From Leptonemataceae bacterium (GTDB lineage Bacteria; Spirochaetota; Leptospiria; Leptospirales; Leptonemataceae): a stretch of DNA of 64,000 nt. Positions 35,776-44,075 of this stretch are shown here, piece after piece (within the stretch, counting starts at the first letter, position 1; each line of letters starts with the position of its first letter). The DNA is taken from NCBI GenBank assembly GCA_965227295.1, contig OZ245742.1, positions 3,456,001 to 3,520,000 on the forward strand, given 5' to 3'. A model generated the notes under the pieces. It saw only the letters and a program-made list of their open reading frames with translations, made no database searches and was not told the DNA's origin. The translations under genes and the position numbers were made by a program.

Positions 35776-38700
35776 TCACTCGTCCATGCGCAACGTCGCG
35801 TCGAGTTCGCTTTCTTCCCGCGTCCACATCACATGAATCGCCAGGCCGTGATTGTTTTCATCGCGACCCAGCTCGACCGCAGCCCCCGCCGATCTTGCAA
35901 GATCCTGAATCGCCTTCAGGCCTGCGCCGCGCGGCTCGGGCGAACCGCTCGTGCGCACCAGGCCCTCACCGTTGTCGATGATGCTCAGCCGCGTGCGTTC
36001 GCCGTCGGCCTCGTCCGTCAGAATGACACGCAGCTTCGTCGCCTGGCTGTGGCGAATCACGTTGTCCACCGCCTCCGCGGCGAGCCAGTAGAGATTCTGA
36101 AACGACGAACCCAAACGAGCGCTCAATTGTTTGAGCGCGTCGTCGTCGATGGTGGCCTGGAACTCCAGGTCAAGAGCGATGCGGGCGCGTTCGCCGAGTT
36201 TCGTGAGCCAGGCCTGCCAGTTTTCCGGCCGGCGCAAATCTCCGGCCGGCGCCGTTGCCGTCTCGCGATAGTCCCGGGCTTCGCGCGCCAGGTCCTCGGA
36301 CGTTTCGCCGCTCCCGCCGTCGTCCGTTTTGTGAATGATGCGATCCGACAATCGATGCAGGGCGTCGGCCGTGCGTAAGAAGCGGCGTTCCTGATAGTGC
36401 GTGACGTCCTTGAAGTGACGGATGCGCGCGCGGTGCAAACGGAGCTCGGCCGTGTTGCGCTCGAACTGCAGAGCCACCGCGATCAACGGCGATACATGAT
36501 TCAAGATGCGCACGCGTTTGTCGTCTTCGAAGGCTCTCGCATCCCGCGCCCCGAGAATCAGCAGGCCGATGCCCCTCTGGGATTCCATGAGCGGCAAAAT
36601 CAAAAAATGCTCCATGCCTCCCGCCGCCACGACTGCGTCGCCGGAGCGGCCGGCGTTTACGGCCGCGAAGATCGGATCGGGGAGGTCCGGGTCCGGCTGG
36701 CTGTCGTCCCCGGTGCTCAGGACCGGGCGCAGGGACGTCAATGCCTGGCCGAAGATGGTCGATTGCATGGGCACTCGCGCCCCGGCCGCGCCGGCCAGGG
36801 AGGTATCGTCGTGAAAACCGCCCTCGAAGATGAGGCTGTCGCCGTCTTCGCTCAGACGATAGACGACGACACGATCCAGGGGAATTTCCCCGGGCGTATG
36901 ATCTTTGAGATAGGCGAGCTTTTCGGTGAAGGCCGGTAAGTTTGAAACGGCGTTGGTTAAGTCCGCGAGCAATCGGCCTTCTTCCTGGGAGCCCTTCTCC
37001 CGGGCGACGGCGGCGCTCAGTTCTTCCTGGAGTTTCTTTTCTTTGGCGTACTCCTCGTTGAGGTCGGACTTCAACGAGCGGATGGTGTTCTGCAAATCGG
37101 CGATCGTGCGTTCCAGTTCGCGCTGCTTCTGGTTTTCTTCGCCCAGGCGATTGTTCAATCCGTGCACGTCTTCTTTGAGCGCGGCGATGGCCTGCTCCAG
37201 GCGACTCTCGCGTTCGCGGCGTTTGCCCACATCCTGGCGGAGCCGCGCAATCTCTTCGCGCGCCTCGCGCAGATTGTTCTGGAGTTCGCTGATCTCCCGG
37301 GTCTGGCCTTCGCTCTTCTGATTGAGGTCGCGGAGATTTCCCGTGCGCTCTTCGATCTGCGTGCGCAACGCGGCTTCCACGCGGCGTTGTTCCTCGGCTT
37401 CGTTTTCGAGGCGTGAACGTTCCTGACGCAGTTGGCCCAGATCACGTTGCAGGGCCTCAATGCGATTCTCATGCCCGGCGATGGTTTGATCGCGCTGCTG
37501 GATTTGCGCGTCGCGCTGCTGCACGGCTTCGTTGAGTTCGTTCTCCCGGCGTTCGGCCGCGCTCTTGATTTTCTCCAGTTCCGCGGCGTGTTCGCGTTGC
37601 AGGCTTTGCGTTTGTTCGTTCAGCCGTTCGATCTCGGCTTCCCGGCGTGCGGCAGTTTCTTTGAGTTCGCGGACGCTGCCGCGTTCGGTTTGTAGCGCGT
37701 TCGTGGTGCTTTCCAGCTCCGCACGCGCCTCGTTTCGTTCGCTCTCGATTCGTTGCAAGCGTTCGTTTAGTTCGGACGTGCTCTCTTTGTGCTGCTGTTC
37801 GCGGGTTGCGGCTTCCTGCTTGAGCGCCTCGATGCTGGCGTTGAGCTGCGCTTCGGTTTCGCGGGCCCCGGCGCGCTGGCGTTCCGTGGTCTCCGTGAGG
37901 GAGTTGACCTTTTGTTTTAGTTGATAGATGGTATCGTGGTAATCGGTCTCTTTTTGTTCGATGGTACGGCGGGCCTGCTCCAGGTTCGCCGCGAGTTCGG
38001 CGCTCTTCTTGCGTTCTTCTTCCAGGCCGCGTTCCATTTCGGCGCCCTGGCGTTCCAGGGCTTCGTTCTTCGTGGCGAGCTGCCGGCGCAGGGCTTCCAG
38101 TTGTTGCGTCTGGATGTTTGAATGATCGCGCAGTTCCTCGATGTTCTTGTCCCGGGCGGCGATCTCGTTTCGGGCCGTTTCCAGTTCCTGGTTCGCCCCG
38201 GACGTACGTTCCCGGGCCTTGCTTAGCTTGTCTTCAGCTTCGGTTAATCCCTTGCGCAGGTCGGCGATGTTCTGCTCGCGTTCCTGAATTTCTCGCGCGT
38301 ATTCGTTGTTCGCCTTGTTTGCGTCGGCGGTCGTTTGTTCGAGGGCCTGCTTCGTACGCTGCAGCTCTTCCCGGACGCTGCGCAGCGCGTCGTTGCTCTG
38401 CTCCGCGGCCGTCTTTTGCTCCGCTTCCAGTTTTTCCCGGGCCTGCTTCGCCGCGGCGAGATTCTTTTCCGACGCCGCCAGTTGGTCCTGTAACCGGCGG
38501 ACTTCGTCCCGTTGTTGATCCAGTTCGCCGCGACGTTTTTCCAGCTCTTCGTTCAGTAGCTCACGTTCGGCATCCACGTCGCCCATGGAAGTCCGCAGGC
38601 GTTCGGTTTCCGCGGCGTGTTCTTTGCGCAGATTTTCCCGGAGTTCGGTGAGACTGCGGTCCTTATCCGCGGCGGCTTCTTCGCGGCTGCGCTGGAGGTT

Positions 38701-40170
38701 CTGTTCCAGCACCTGGACTTTCGTTTCGAGGGATTTGCGTTGTTCTTCCAGGGCCCGGCGTTCGTCCTCACGTTCTTTGTCGGCCTGCTCGAGTTTTGCG
38801 GCGTACTCCCGGCTCACCTCACCGGCGCTCGCCTCACGGGCCTTCGCCAGGTGTTCTTCCTGTTCCTTGCGGAGGGCCGCGAGTCGTTCCTCGTGCTCTT
38901 TCTGTAACTGCGCCAGCTTTTGCTCGTGCTCGTCGCGTTCGTCCCGGCGTCCGGCGCGTTCTTCTTCCAGTGTGCTTTCCAGGCCGCGAATCTTTTGGTT
39001 GCGTTCTTCGGCGGAGCCGAGTTCTTCCCGGGCCGCGTCGAGTTCCTGGCGGAGTTGTTCCGAGCTTTTTTCCGCCCCTTCCAGTTTTTCGCGCAAACCG
39101 TCGCGTTCCGCCTCGAGTTCTTTGCGGATCGTGTACATGTCCCCGGTCTGTTCTTCGAGGACGGCGATGCGTGCTTCCCGCTCCTGTATCAACTGTTGCT
39201 GTTCTTCGGCGGCCCGGCGGTGTTCGGCGCGCAAATCCTCCAGGGCTTTGCTCCGTTCTTGCTCCGCCTCGGATTGCAGTCGCGCTTCCAGTTCGCCGCG
39301 TTCTTTCGTATGATCGGCCGCGGCTTCCGCCAGGCGCCGCTCCAGTTCTTTTTCCGCGGCGGCGCTGCTTTCTTCTAACTTCTTCTCGCCGGACTTTACG
39401 GCGGCGTCCGCTTCTTTGATGCGGGCGGCCGCCTGCTTGATTTCCCGGTCGCGCCAGTGAGCGGCCTGGCGCAGGGCCGGGGCCCGCAGCGCGGAAGCGA
39501 ATCCCCGGGCCACTTCCAGGTCCGAATCGATGTAGCGCGGGCGCGGATGGATCAGTGCCACGGCCAGGACGCCTGCCGGAGCGTCGGCGCCGGGAAGCGG
39601 AACGTAAAGCCAGGAGACTTCAGCGTTGCGAATGTCTTCTTCGAACTCTTCGGTAAAAAAAGCGGCGTCCTCTTCGTTGAGATCGGCGGTGGAAACCGGG
39701 CGGCCGTCGCGGATAAGGTAGGCCGGCAGCGGAGCACTTTCGTCCAGGATGCCGGGTCCGTCCGGGAGTTTCTGAAAAGAGTGCACCGGGCGGGTCGCGA
39801 TGTCTTCGTCGGCGTCGTAGAACAGCACGCCCTCGCTCACGTCACCGGAGGCGACGCCGCTCAGCCGCAACTCGTTCTTCGCGGTGGTCGCGGCGTAAAA
39901 GTTCAGCGCACTGAAGCCGGGAATATCGTACAGGGTTTGCGCGACCCGGGCAAAGACCTCGGCGTCCGCAAGCGACGGATCAAAACACGAGAGCAGTCGT
40001 TCGCGCAAATCCGAGGCGCGACCGGTGGCCGGCTTGCGCGCCGCGGCCTTTTTTTTCGCGGCCGGTTTGGCCGCGGTCTTTTTGGCGGCGACCTTCTTTT
40101 TGGCGGCCGGTTTTGCGGCCGTCTTTTTCGGCGCGGCCTTTTTTTTAGCGGCAGTCTTCTTTTTAGCCAT
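35776..40170 (-). CDS. Giant sensor-kinase-like protein: Lys/Ala tail, GAF-like, long coiled coil, GAF, HisKA_3-like and HATPase
   Basis: AKKKTAAKKK N-terminus; roughly 800 aa E/R/Q/A/L heptad region; RTADALHR H-box-like; EAVDNVIRH, DNGEG, GAGL boxes. Confidence 0.8.
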   Translation of the reverse strand: MAKKKTAAKKKAAPKKTAAKPAAKKKVAAKKTAAKPAAKKKAAARKPATGRASDLRERLLSCFDPSLADAEVFARVAQTLYDIPGFSALNFYAATTAKNELRLSGVASGDVSEGVLFYDADEDIATRPVHSFQKLPDGPGILDESAPLPAYLIRDGRPVSTADLNEEDAAFFTEEFEEDIRNAEVSWLYVPLPGADAPAGVLAVALIHPRPRYIDSDLEVARGFASALRAPALRQAAHWRDREIKQAAARIKEADAAVKSGEKKLEESSAAAEKELERRLAEAAADHTKERGELEARLQSEAEQERSKALEDLRAEHRRAAEEQQQLIQEREARIAVLEEQTGDMYTIRKELEAERDGLREKLEGAEKSSEQLRQELDAAREELGSAEERNQKIRGLESTLEEERAGRRDERDEHEQKLAQLQKEHEERLAALRKEQEEHLAKAREASAGEVSREYAAKLEQADKEREDERRALEEQRKSLETKVQVLEQNLQRSREEAAADKDRSLTELRENLRKEHAAETERLRTSMGDVDAERELLNEELEKRRGELDQQRDEVRRLQDQLAASEKNLAAAKQAREKLEAEQKTAAEQSNDALRSVREELQRTKQALEQTTADANKANNEYAREIQEREQNIADLRKGLTEAEDKLSKARERTSGANQELETARNEIAARDKNIEELRDHSNIQTQQLEALRRQLATKNEALERQGAEMERGLEEERKKSAELAANLEQARRTIEQKETDYHDTIYQLKQKVNSLTETTERQRAGARETEAQLNASIEALKQEAATREQQHKESTSELNERLQRIESERNEARAELESTTNALQTERGSVRELKETAARREAEIERLNEQTQSLQREHAAELEKIKSAAERRENELNEAVQQRDAQIQQRDQTIAGHENRIEALQRDLGQLRQERSRLENEAEEQRRVEAALRTQIEERTGNLRDLNQKSEGQTREISELQNNLREAREEIARLRQDVGKRRERESRLEQAIAALKEDVHGLNNRLGEENQKQRELERTIADLQNTIRSLKSDLNEEYAKEKKLQEELSAAVAREKGSQEEGRLLADLTNAVSNLPAFTEKLAYLKDHTPGEIPLDRVVVYRLSEDGDSLIFEGGFHDDTSLAGAAGARVPMQSTIFGQALTSLRPVLSTGDDSQPDPDLPDPIFAAVNAGRSGDAVVAAGGMEHFLILPLMESQRGIGLLILGARDARAFEDDKRVRILNHVSPLIAVALQFERNTAELRLHRARIRHFKDVTHYQERRFLRTADALHRLSDRIIHKTDDGGSGETSEDLAREARDYRETATAPAGDLRRPENWQAWLTKLGERARIALDLEFQATIDDDALKQLSARLGSSFQNLYWLAAEAVDNVIRHSQATKLRVILTDEADGERTRLSIIDNGEGLVRTSGSPEPRGAGLKAIQDLARSAGAAVELGRDENNHGLAIHVMWTREESELDATLRMDE

Positions 40171-40210
40171 ACGTAACGAGAACCTTTTGTTAACTTGCGA
40201 TGATGTCTAC

Positions 40211-41125
40211 TTAATGGACGTTCTTCCCGGCGTGGGCGCGGTACATCCGCCGCACCGAAAATCGAAAGATCCAGTCGAAAGCGGCTTCGGGCAGAATCCG
40301 CCGCAGGCCGTTCGCCAGGATGCTGTCCCAGCCGATGCGATAGCGCAATGCCGGCCGGCGTTGGTTCATGATGGCGGCGATGCGTTCGGCCGCCGTCTCC
40401 GCGGAAACGTAATAACCGCTGTACTCCCCACCAATCTCCCTGTTTAGAAACTCGTAGGGTGAGTCGCTTTTTCGGGCGCCTTCCGGAACCTGCGTGTTCT
40501 GTTTGAAGTTCGTACGCGTGAGGCCCGGCTCAATCAACACGACCTTAATATTGAACGGCAGCACCTCGTAGCGCAACGCTTCAGAGAACGCTTCCAGCGC
40601 CCACTTCGATCCGGAGTAAGCCGAGCCCGTAGGCAGTACCATACGACCGAGAATGGAACTGACGTTGAGGATCGTGCCGCTTCGCTGAGCGCGCATAGAG
40701 GGCAGGGCGGCGCGGCACAAACGCATGGCGCCGAAGAAATTCGTTTCGAACTGCTTGCGAAAATCATCCTCTTTCAGATCTTCGAAGGCTCCGTAGTAAC
40801 CGTAGCCGGCGTTGTTGACCAGGACGTCCAGGCGACCGTTGTTTTCGGCATGGATTTTTTGCACGGCGGCGGCAGCATCTTCCGGACGGTCCACGTCCAG
40901 TTCGATGATGTGCAGATTCGGCCGGTCCAGCAAAGCGGCGTAGTCCCGCTGCCCTCGTTCCAGATGGCGCACACCGGCGTAGACCTCGTTGCGGGGGGCG
41001 CCGGAGCGCTGTTCGTTGACCAGGACTTTGACCAGGGCCAGGCCGATTCCCGCGCCGGCCCCGGTGACAAGTACCGTGCGACGGGCGGATGCAGGACGGG
41101 ATGATTGTTCGCTGGAATCGTTCAA
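40211..41125 (-). CDS. Short-chain dehydrogenase/reductase
   Basis: TGAGAGIG, NNAG, YSGSK. Confidence 0.92.
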   Translation of the reverse strand: MNDSSEQSSRPASARRTVLVTGAGAGIGLALVKVLVNEQRSGAPRNEVYAGVRHLERGQRDYAALLDRPNLHIIELDVDRPEDAAAAVQKIHAENNGRLDVLVNNAGYGYYGAFEDLKEDDFRKQFETNFFGAMRLCRAALPSMRAQRSGTILNVSSILGRMVLPTGSAYSGSKWALEAFSEALRYEVLPFNIKVVLIEPGLTRTNFKQNTQVPEGARKSDSPYEFLNREIGGEYSGYYVSAETAAERIAAIMNQRRPALRYRIGWDSILANGLRRILPEAAFDWIFRFSVRRMYRAHAGKNVH

Positions 41126-41264
41126 GACGATAGACGAATTCCACGCAGGATCGGGCGAAGAAAGCCTTTTTCGTCTTCTTGTTGTGATTCCGACTTGCCT
41201 TTTCGGTGTCCGCGGCAGACGTGGTCATTACCATTGCGCCGGTCTACCGGTCGCCAGCGGATAT

Positions 41265-41337
41265 GGGGACTTAGCTCAGCTGGGAGAGCGCCTGCCTTGC
41301 ACGCAGGAGGTCACCGGTTCGATCCCGGTAGTCTCCA
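41265..41337 (+). tRNA. tRNA-Ala(TGC), CCA not encoded
   Basis: GGGGACT/AGTCTCC acceptor with G3:U70, CCTGC-CTTGCAC-GCAGG anticodon arm, GGTTCGATCCC T-arm. Confidence 0.95.
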
Positions 41338-41395
41338 CAATTTCCTCGCTTTTTTCCGTTTGACAACGGAGTTCATAAAGGATCGTTACCTTGCA

Positions 41396-42298
41396 GTGAA
41401 GCAGGTTCGGCGAGCCCTTAAAGAGATCCTCGTTCAGTCTCTGAATACGCAGCAGATGGCCCATGTCGGCCGCGAGGTAGATCCCCGCTTTAATCTCTAC
41501 GAGTACTCTGGTTTCGGAGAGAAGATCGTCATTCCCCGCAAGGTCGCGGCCGACTGCATCATCCAGTACTTCCACGCCGACGAAGCCCTTCGCTCGTACA
41601 TCGCCTTTTTACTGTCGCGCAACGGACAGGGTATGAGCGGCGGCGTCATCCAGCTCAAGGGCGAACAGCGTTTGCTCGATCTGCTCAAAGAGCGCGGCTT
41701 CTTTTACAACGCCGAGAACGTCCGTTTCCAGAAAGAGCAGTCCGTGCGCCAGACCGGCTGGGGCTTCATGCGCGAGGGCGAGGAGTACCAGCTATCGTTT
41801 GCGAGCATTGACATCGTCTCCAGTTCCGAACTTGTACGTACGAACGTAAAAGACGACGTGGAGACGACCCTGTCCCGGCTGCGAAACTATATTCAAAAAC
41901 ACGTCGATTTCTGGGACGGCCGCATCTGGTCGTGGTACGGGGACGGCGGCATGGCGGTCTTTCACGGAAAAGACAGCGTGCCCATGTCCGTGCTGTCCAT
42001 GGCGTCCATCATCAACTATCTGCCGATCTTCAACATTTCCGAAAACGAGCTGCGCCCGGAGAACGACGTGAAGCTGCGCATCGGCATGCACTACGGCGGC
42101 TGCACTTACAACGTGGACGTGAACAAGATCACTTCGCCGGACATGAAGGTTTCCCAGGACGTCGAGAAGAACTACGCCGAGCCGAATTCCCTGGCCCTGA
42201 CGGACGCCATGTTCCGGCTGCTGCCCCAGGAGACGCGCAAGGCCTTTGAAGCCACGGCGGAACTCCGCGGCATGCGCGTGTATCGTTACCAGCCGTAA
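41396..42298 (+). CDS. Class III nucleotide cyclase-like protein
   Basis: SIDIVSSS, WYGDGG, LRIGMHYG; start moved to GTG 41396 because the longer ORF overlaps tRNA-Ala. Confidence 0.8.
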   Translation: MKQVRRALKEILVQSLNTQQMAHVGREVDPRFNLYEYSGFGEKIVIPRKVAADCIIQYFHADEALRSYIAFLLSRNGQGMSGGVIQLKGEQRLLDLLKERGFFYNAENVRFQKEQSVRQTGWGFMREGEEYQLSFASIDIVSSSELVRTNVKDDVETTLSRLRNYIQKHVDFWDGRIWSWYGDGGMAVFHGKDSVPMSVLSMASIINYLPIFNISENELRPENDVKLRIGMHYGGCTYNVDVNKITSPDMKVSQDVEKNYAEPNSLALTDAMFRLLPQETRKAFEATAELRGMRVYRYQP

Positions 42299-42325
42299 TT
42301 GCAGTGAAGAGCAACCGAGAGTATC

Positions 42326-43393
42326 ATGGACATCCTGATCGTAGATTCCGACGTCGCCATTAAAGAGTACTATACGCATCTGCTGGAGTCGGAGTTCCGC
42401 AACGTTACCGTGAACTTCTGCAAGACGGCGCGCGAGGCCCTGGAGTTTCTACCGAACCACGCCTGCGACATCGTTCTTACGGAAACGGAAACCCACGATA
42501 TGCCGGTCTTTGAGTTCATCGGCGAACTCACCGTGCGGCACATCCCGAGCATTGTTGTGTCGTCGGATCACACCGAACGCCTGGTGGTGGAGTGCCTGCG
42601 GAGCGGCGCCCTGGACTTCGTGGCGAAACAGAACATCAAGCTCGGTCATCTTCCGTACGTCATCGCTCGCGCGTTGCTGGAGGCCGATCGCTGGCAGAAG
42701 ATCCAGGAGTACGAAAAAAGCCTGCCGCACCGCCCCGAGTACGAGAAGCTGGATCAGCGGGTGCGTTCGTACCTGGGAGCCGAGCGCATGCAGATGCGTC
42801 GCAGTACCCACGCCGACGATAAAGTGCGGGCCCGTCCGGCCGGGGAGCGGGAGCGTTCGAAGGCCTTCGTCGAAGGGCAGACGTACTTCATCATCTACCT
42901 GTACATTCAACTCTATTTTCCGGACTCGATCAAGGACAGTATGGATGAGCGCCGGTTCTTAACATTACAGAATCGCATCTTAGACCGTTTTGTGGACGTG
43001 GCCCCGCGGTACAACGGTCACGTCTGGACGCGCAAAGAGGATGGTTGCTTTTTCGCCTTCGCCGGCGAGGAGTACCTGGGCGCGCTGCTGGCCGCCATCG
43101 AGGTTCGGGCGAGCCTGAACATCTTCAACATGACCGTTGAGAACCTCACGGATCGCATCCACCTGGGCATGGGCATCACCGCCGGTCACACCGTTTACAA
43201 AGAGGACAAGGGTCAGATCTACAGCGAAGCCCTGAACCTGTGCGCGCACATGGCCATCAACTCACCGGACGGCAACGCCACGCTGCTCACCTCGAATGTT
43301 TACGAACACCTGGACCCGCGGGCGAAGAAGTACCTGTTCAAGGCCGGCAAGTTCGAAGGCCACTCGGTGTTCCGGGTCGAGAACATCGCTTAA
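42326..43393 (+). CDS. Atypical receiver domain fused to degenerate class III cyclase domain
   Basis: ILIVDSD...DIVLTE...GALDFVAK; C-terminal KEDGCFFAF, MGITAG, SEALNLCAH. Confidence 0.8.
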   Translation: MDILIVDSDVAIKEYYTHLLESEFRNVTVNFCKTAREALEFLPNHACDIVLTETETHDMPVFEFIGELTVRHIPSIVVSSDHTERLVVECLRSGALDFVAKQNIKLGHLPYVIARALLEADRWQKIQEYEKSLPHRPEYEKLDQRVRSYLGAERMQMRRSTHADDKVRARPAGERERSKAFVEGQTYFIIYLYIQLYFPDSIKDSMDERRFLTLQNRILDRFVDVAPRYNGHVWTRKEDGCFFAFAGEEYLGALLAAIEVRASLNIFNMTVENLTDRIHLGMGITAGHTVYKEDKGQIYSEALNLCAHMAINSPDGNATLLTSNVYEHLDPRAKKYLFKAGKFEGHSVFRVENIA

Positions 43394-43403
43394 GAGGTGG
43401 TTC

Positions 43404-43536
43404 ACTCCGAGGACCGAGGAGCCGAGGTGAAGAATGAAGAGAACCATCAGACGAAGCGAAGAAAGCTGTCTTAGCTCGAAAGCCGATCGCCTGCGCAGTC
43501 TCTCCCCAAATTCCTCGGTCCCTCGCTCCTCGGAGT
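43404..43536. repeat. REPIN-like inverted doublet between convergent genes
   Basis: ACTCCGAGGACCGAGGAGCCGAGG ... CCTCGGTCCCTCGCTCCTCGGAGT. Confidence 0.85.
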
Positions 43537-43541
43537 CCATT

Positions 43542-43949
43542 CTAAACGGAAAGCTCGTGGGCAATCAACGCGTCCGGTAACTCTACCGTCTTCGTAAACC
43601 GCAACCCCACCACCCGGCAGGGGCGGTCGTTGAGTTCGGACTGGGACTGCCACACGAAACCTGCGCGAAAGTCCAGCGGTGTCGTAAGCGGGCGTCCGAA
43701 GAGTTCGCCGTTAAAAACCATCGTTTGTTCCGGAAGACGGATCGGATCCGTGCGGGGAATGAGCACGCTCAGGCCGTGCTCCGAGATGTCTCCGAGGCGG
43801 CCGGCCAGAAGCAGGCCGTCACACTTCAGGCGGACCAGGAAATCCTCGCTCACGAAGTGGCGGTAGCGGCGCCGTTGCCGCTGGTCCGCGAGCACGGTGG
43901 CGTCGGCGGGATGGGCGGGAGTTCTGTCGGCCTGGCTGTTCATATGCAC
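43542..43949 (-). CDS. PilZ domain protein
   Basis: QRQRRRYR (RxxxR) and DISEHG (DxSxxG) c-di-GMP-binding motifs; GLRF. Confidence 0.85.
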   Translation of the reverse strand: MHMNSQADRTPAHPADATVLADQRQRRRYRHFVSEDFLVRLKCDGLLLAGRLGDISEHGLSVLIPRTDPIRLPEQTMVFNGELFGRPLTTPLDFRAGFVWQSQSELNDRPCRVVGLRFTKTVELPDALIAHELSV

Positions 43950-44075
43950 TGCATAGATGTAGCAGCGATATAATGCGTTTCTCTTACGACGGCGCGTCGC
44001 TTTCGCAAAAAATTTTTTGCGATTTTTGAAAGGATGCTTCGCGGCGGAGCCGGGGCGGGGATTTTAGTTACCGGT

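Noticed and set aside
41105..41395. N-terminal extension of the 397-aa ORF
   Set aside because: It overlaps tRNA-Ala and the SDR start; GTG at 41396 is more plausible.
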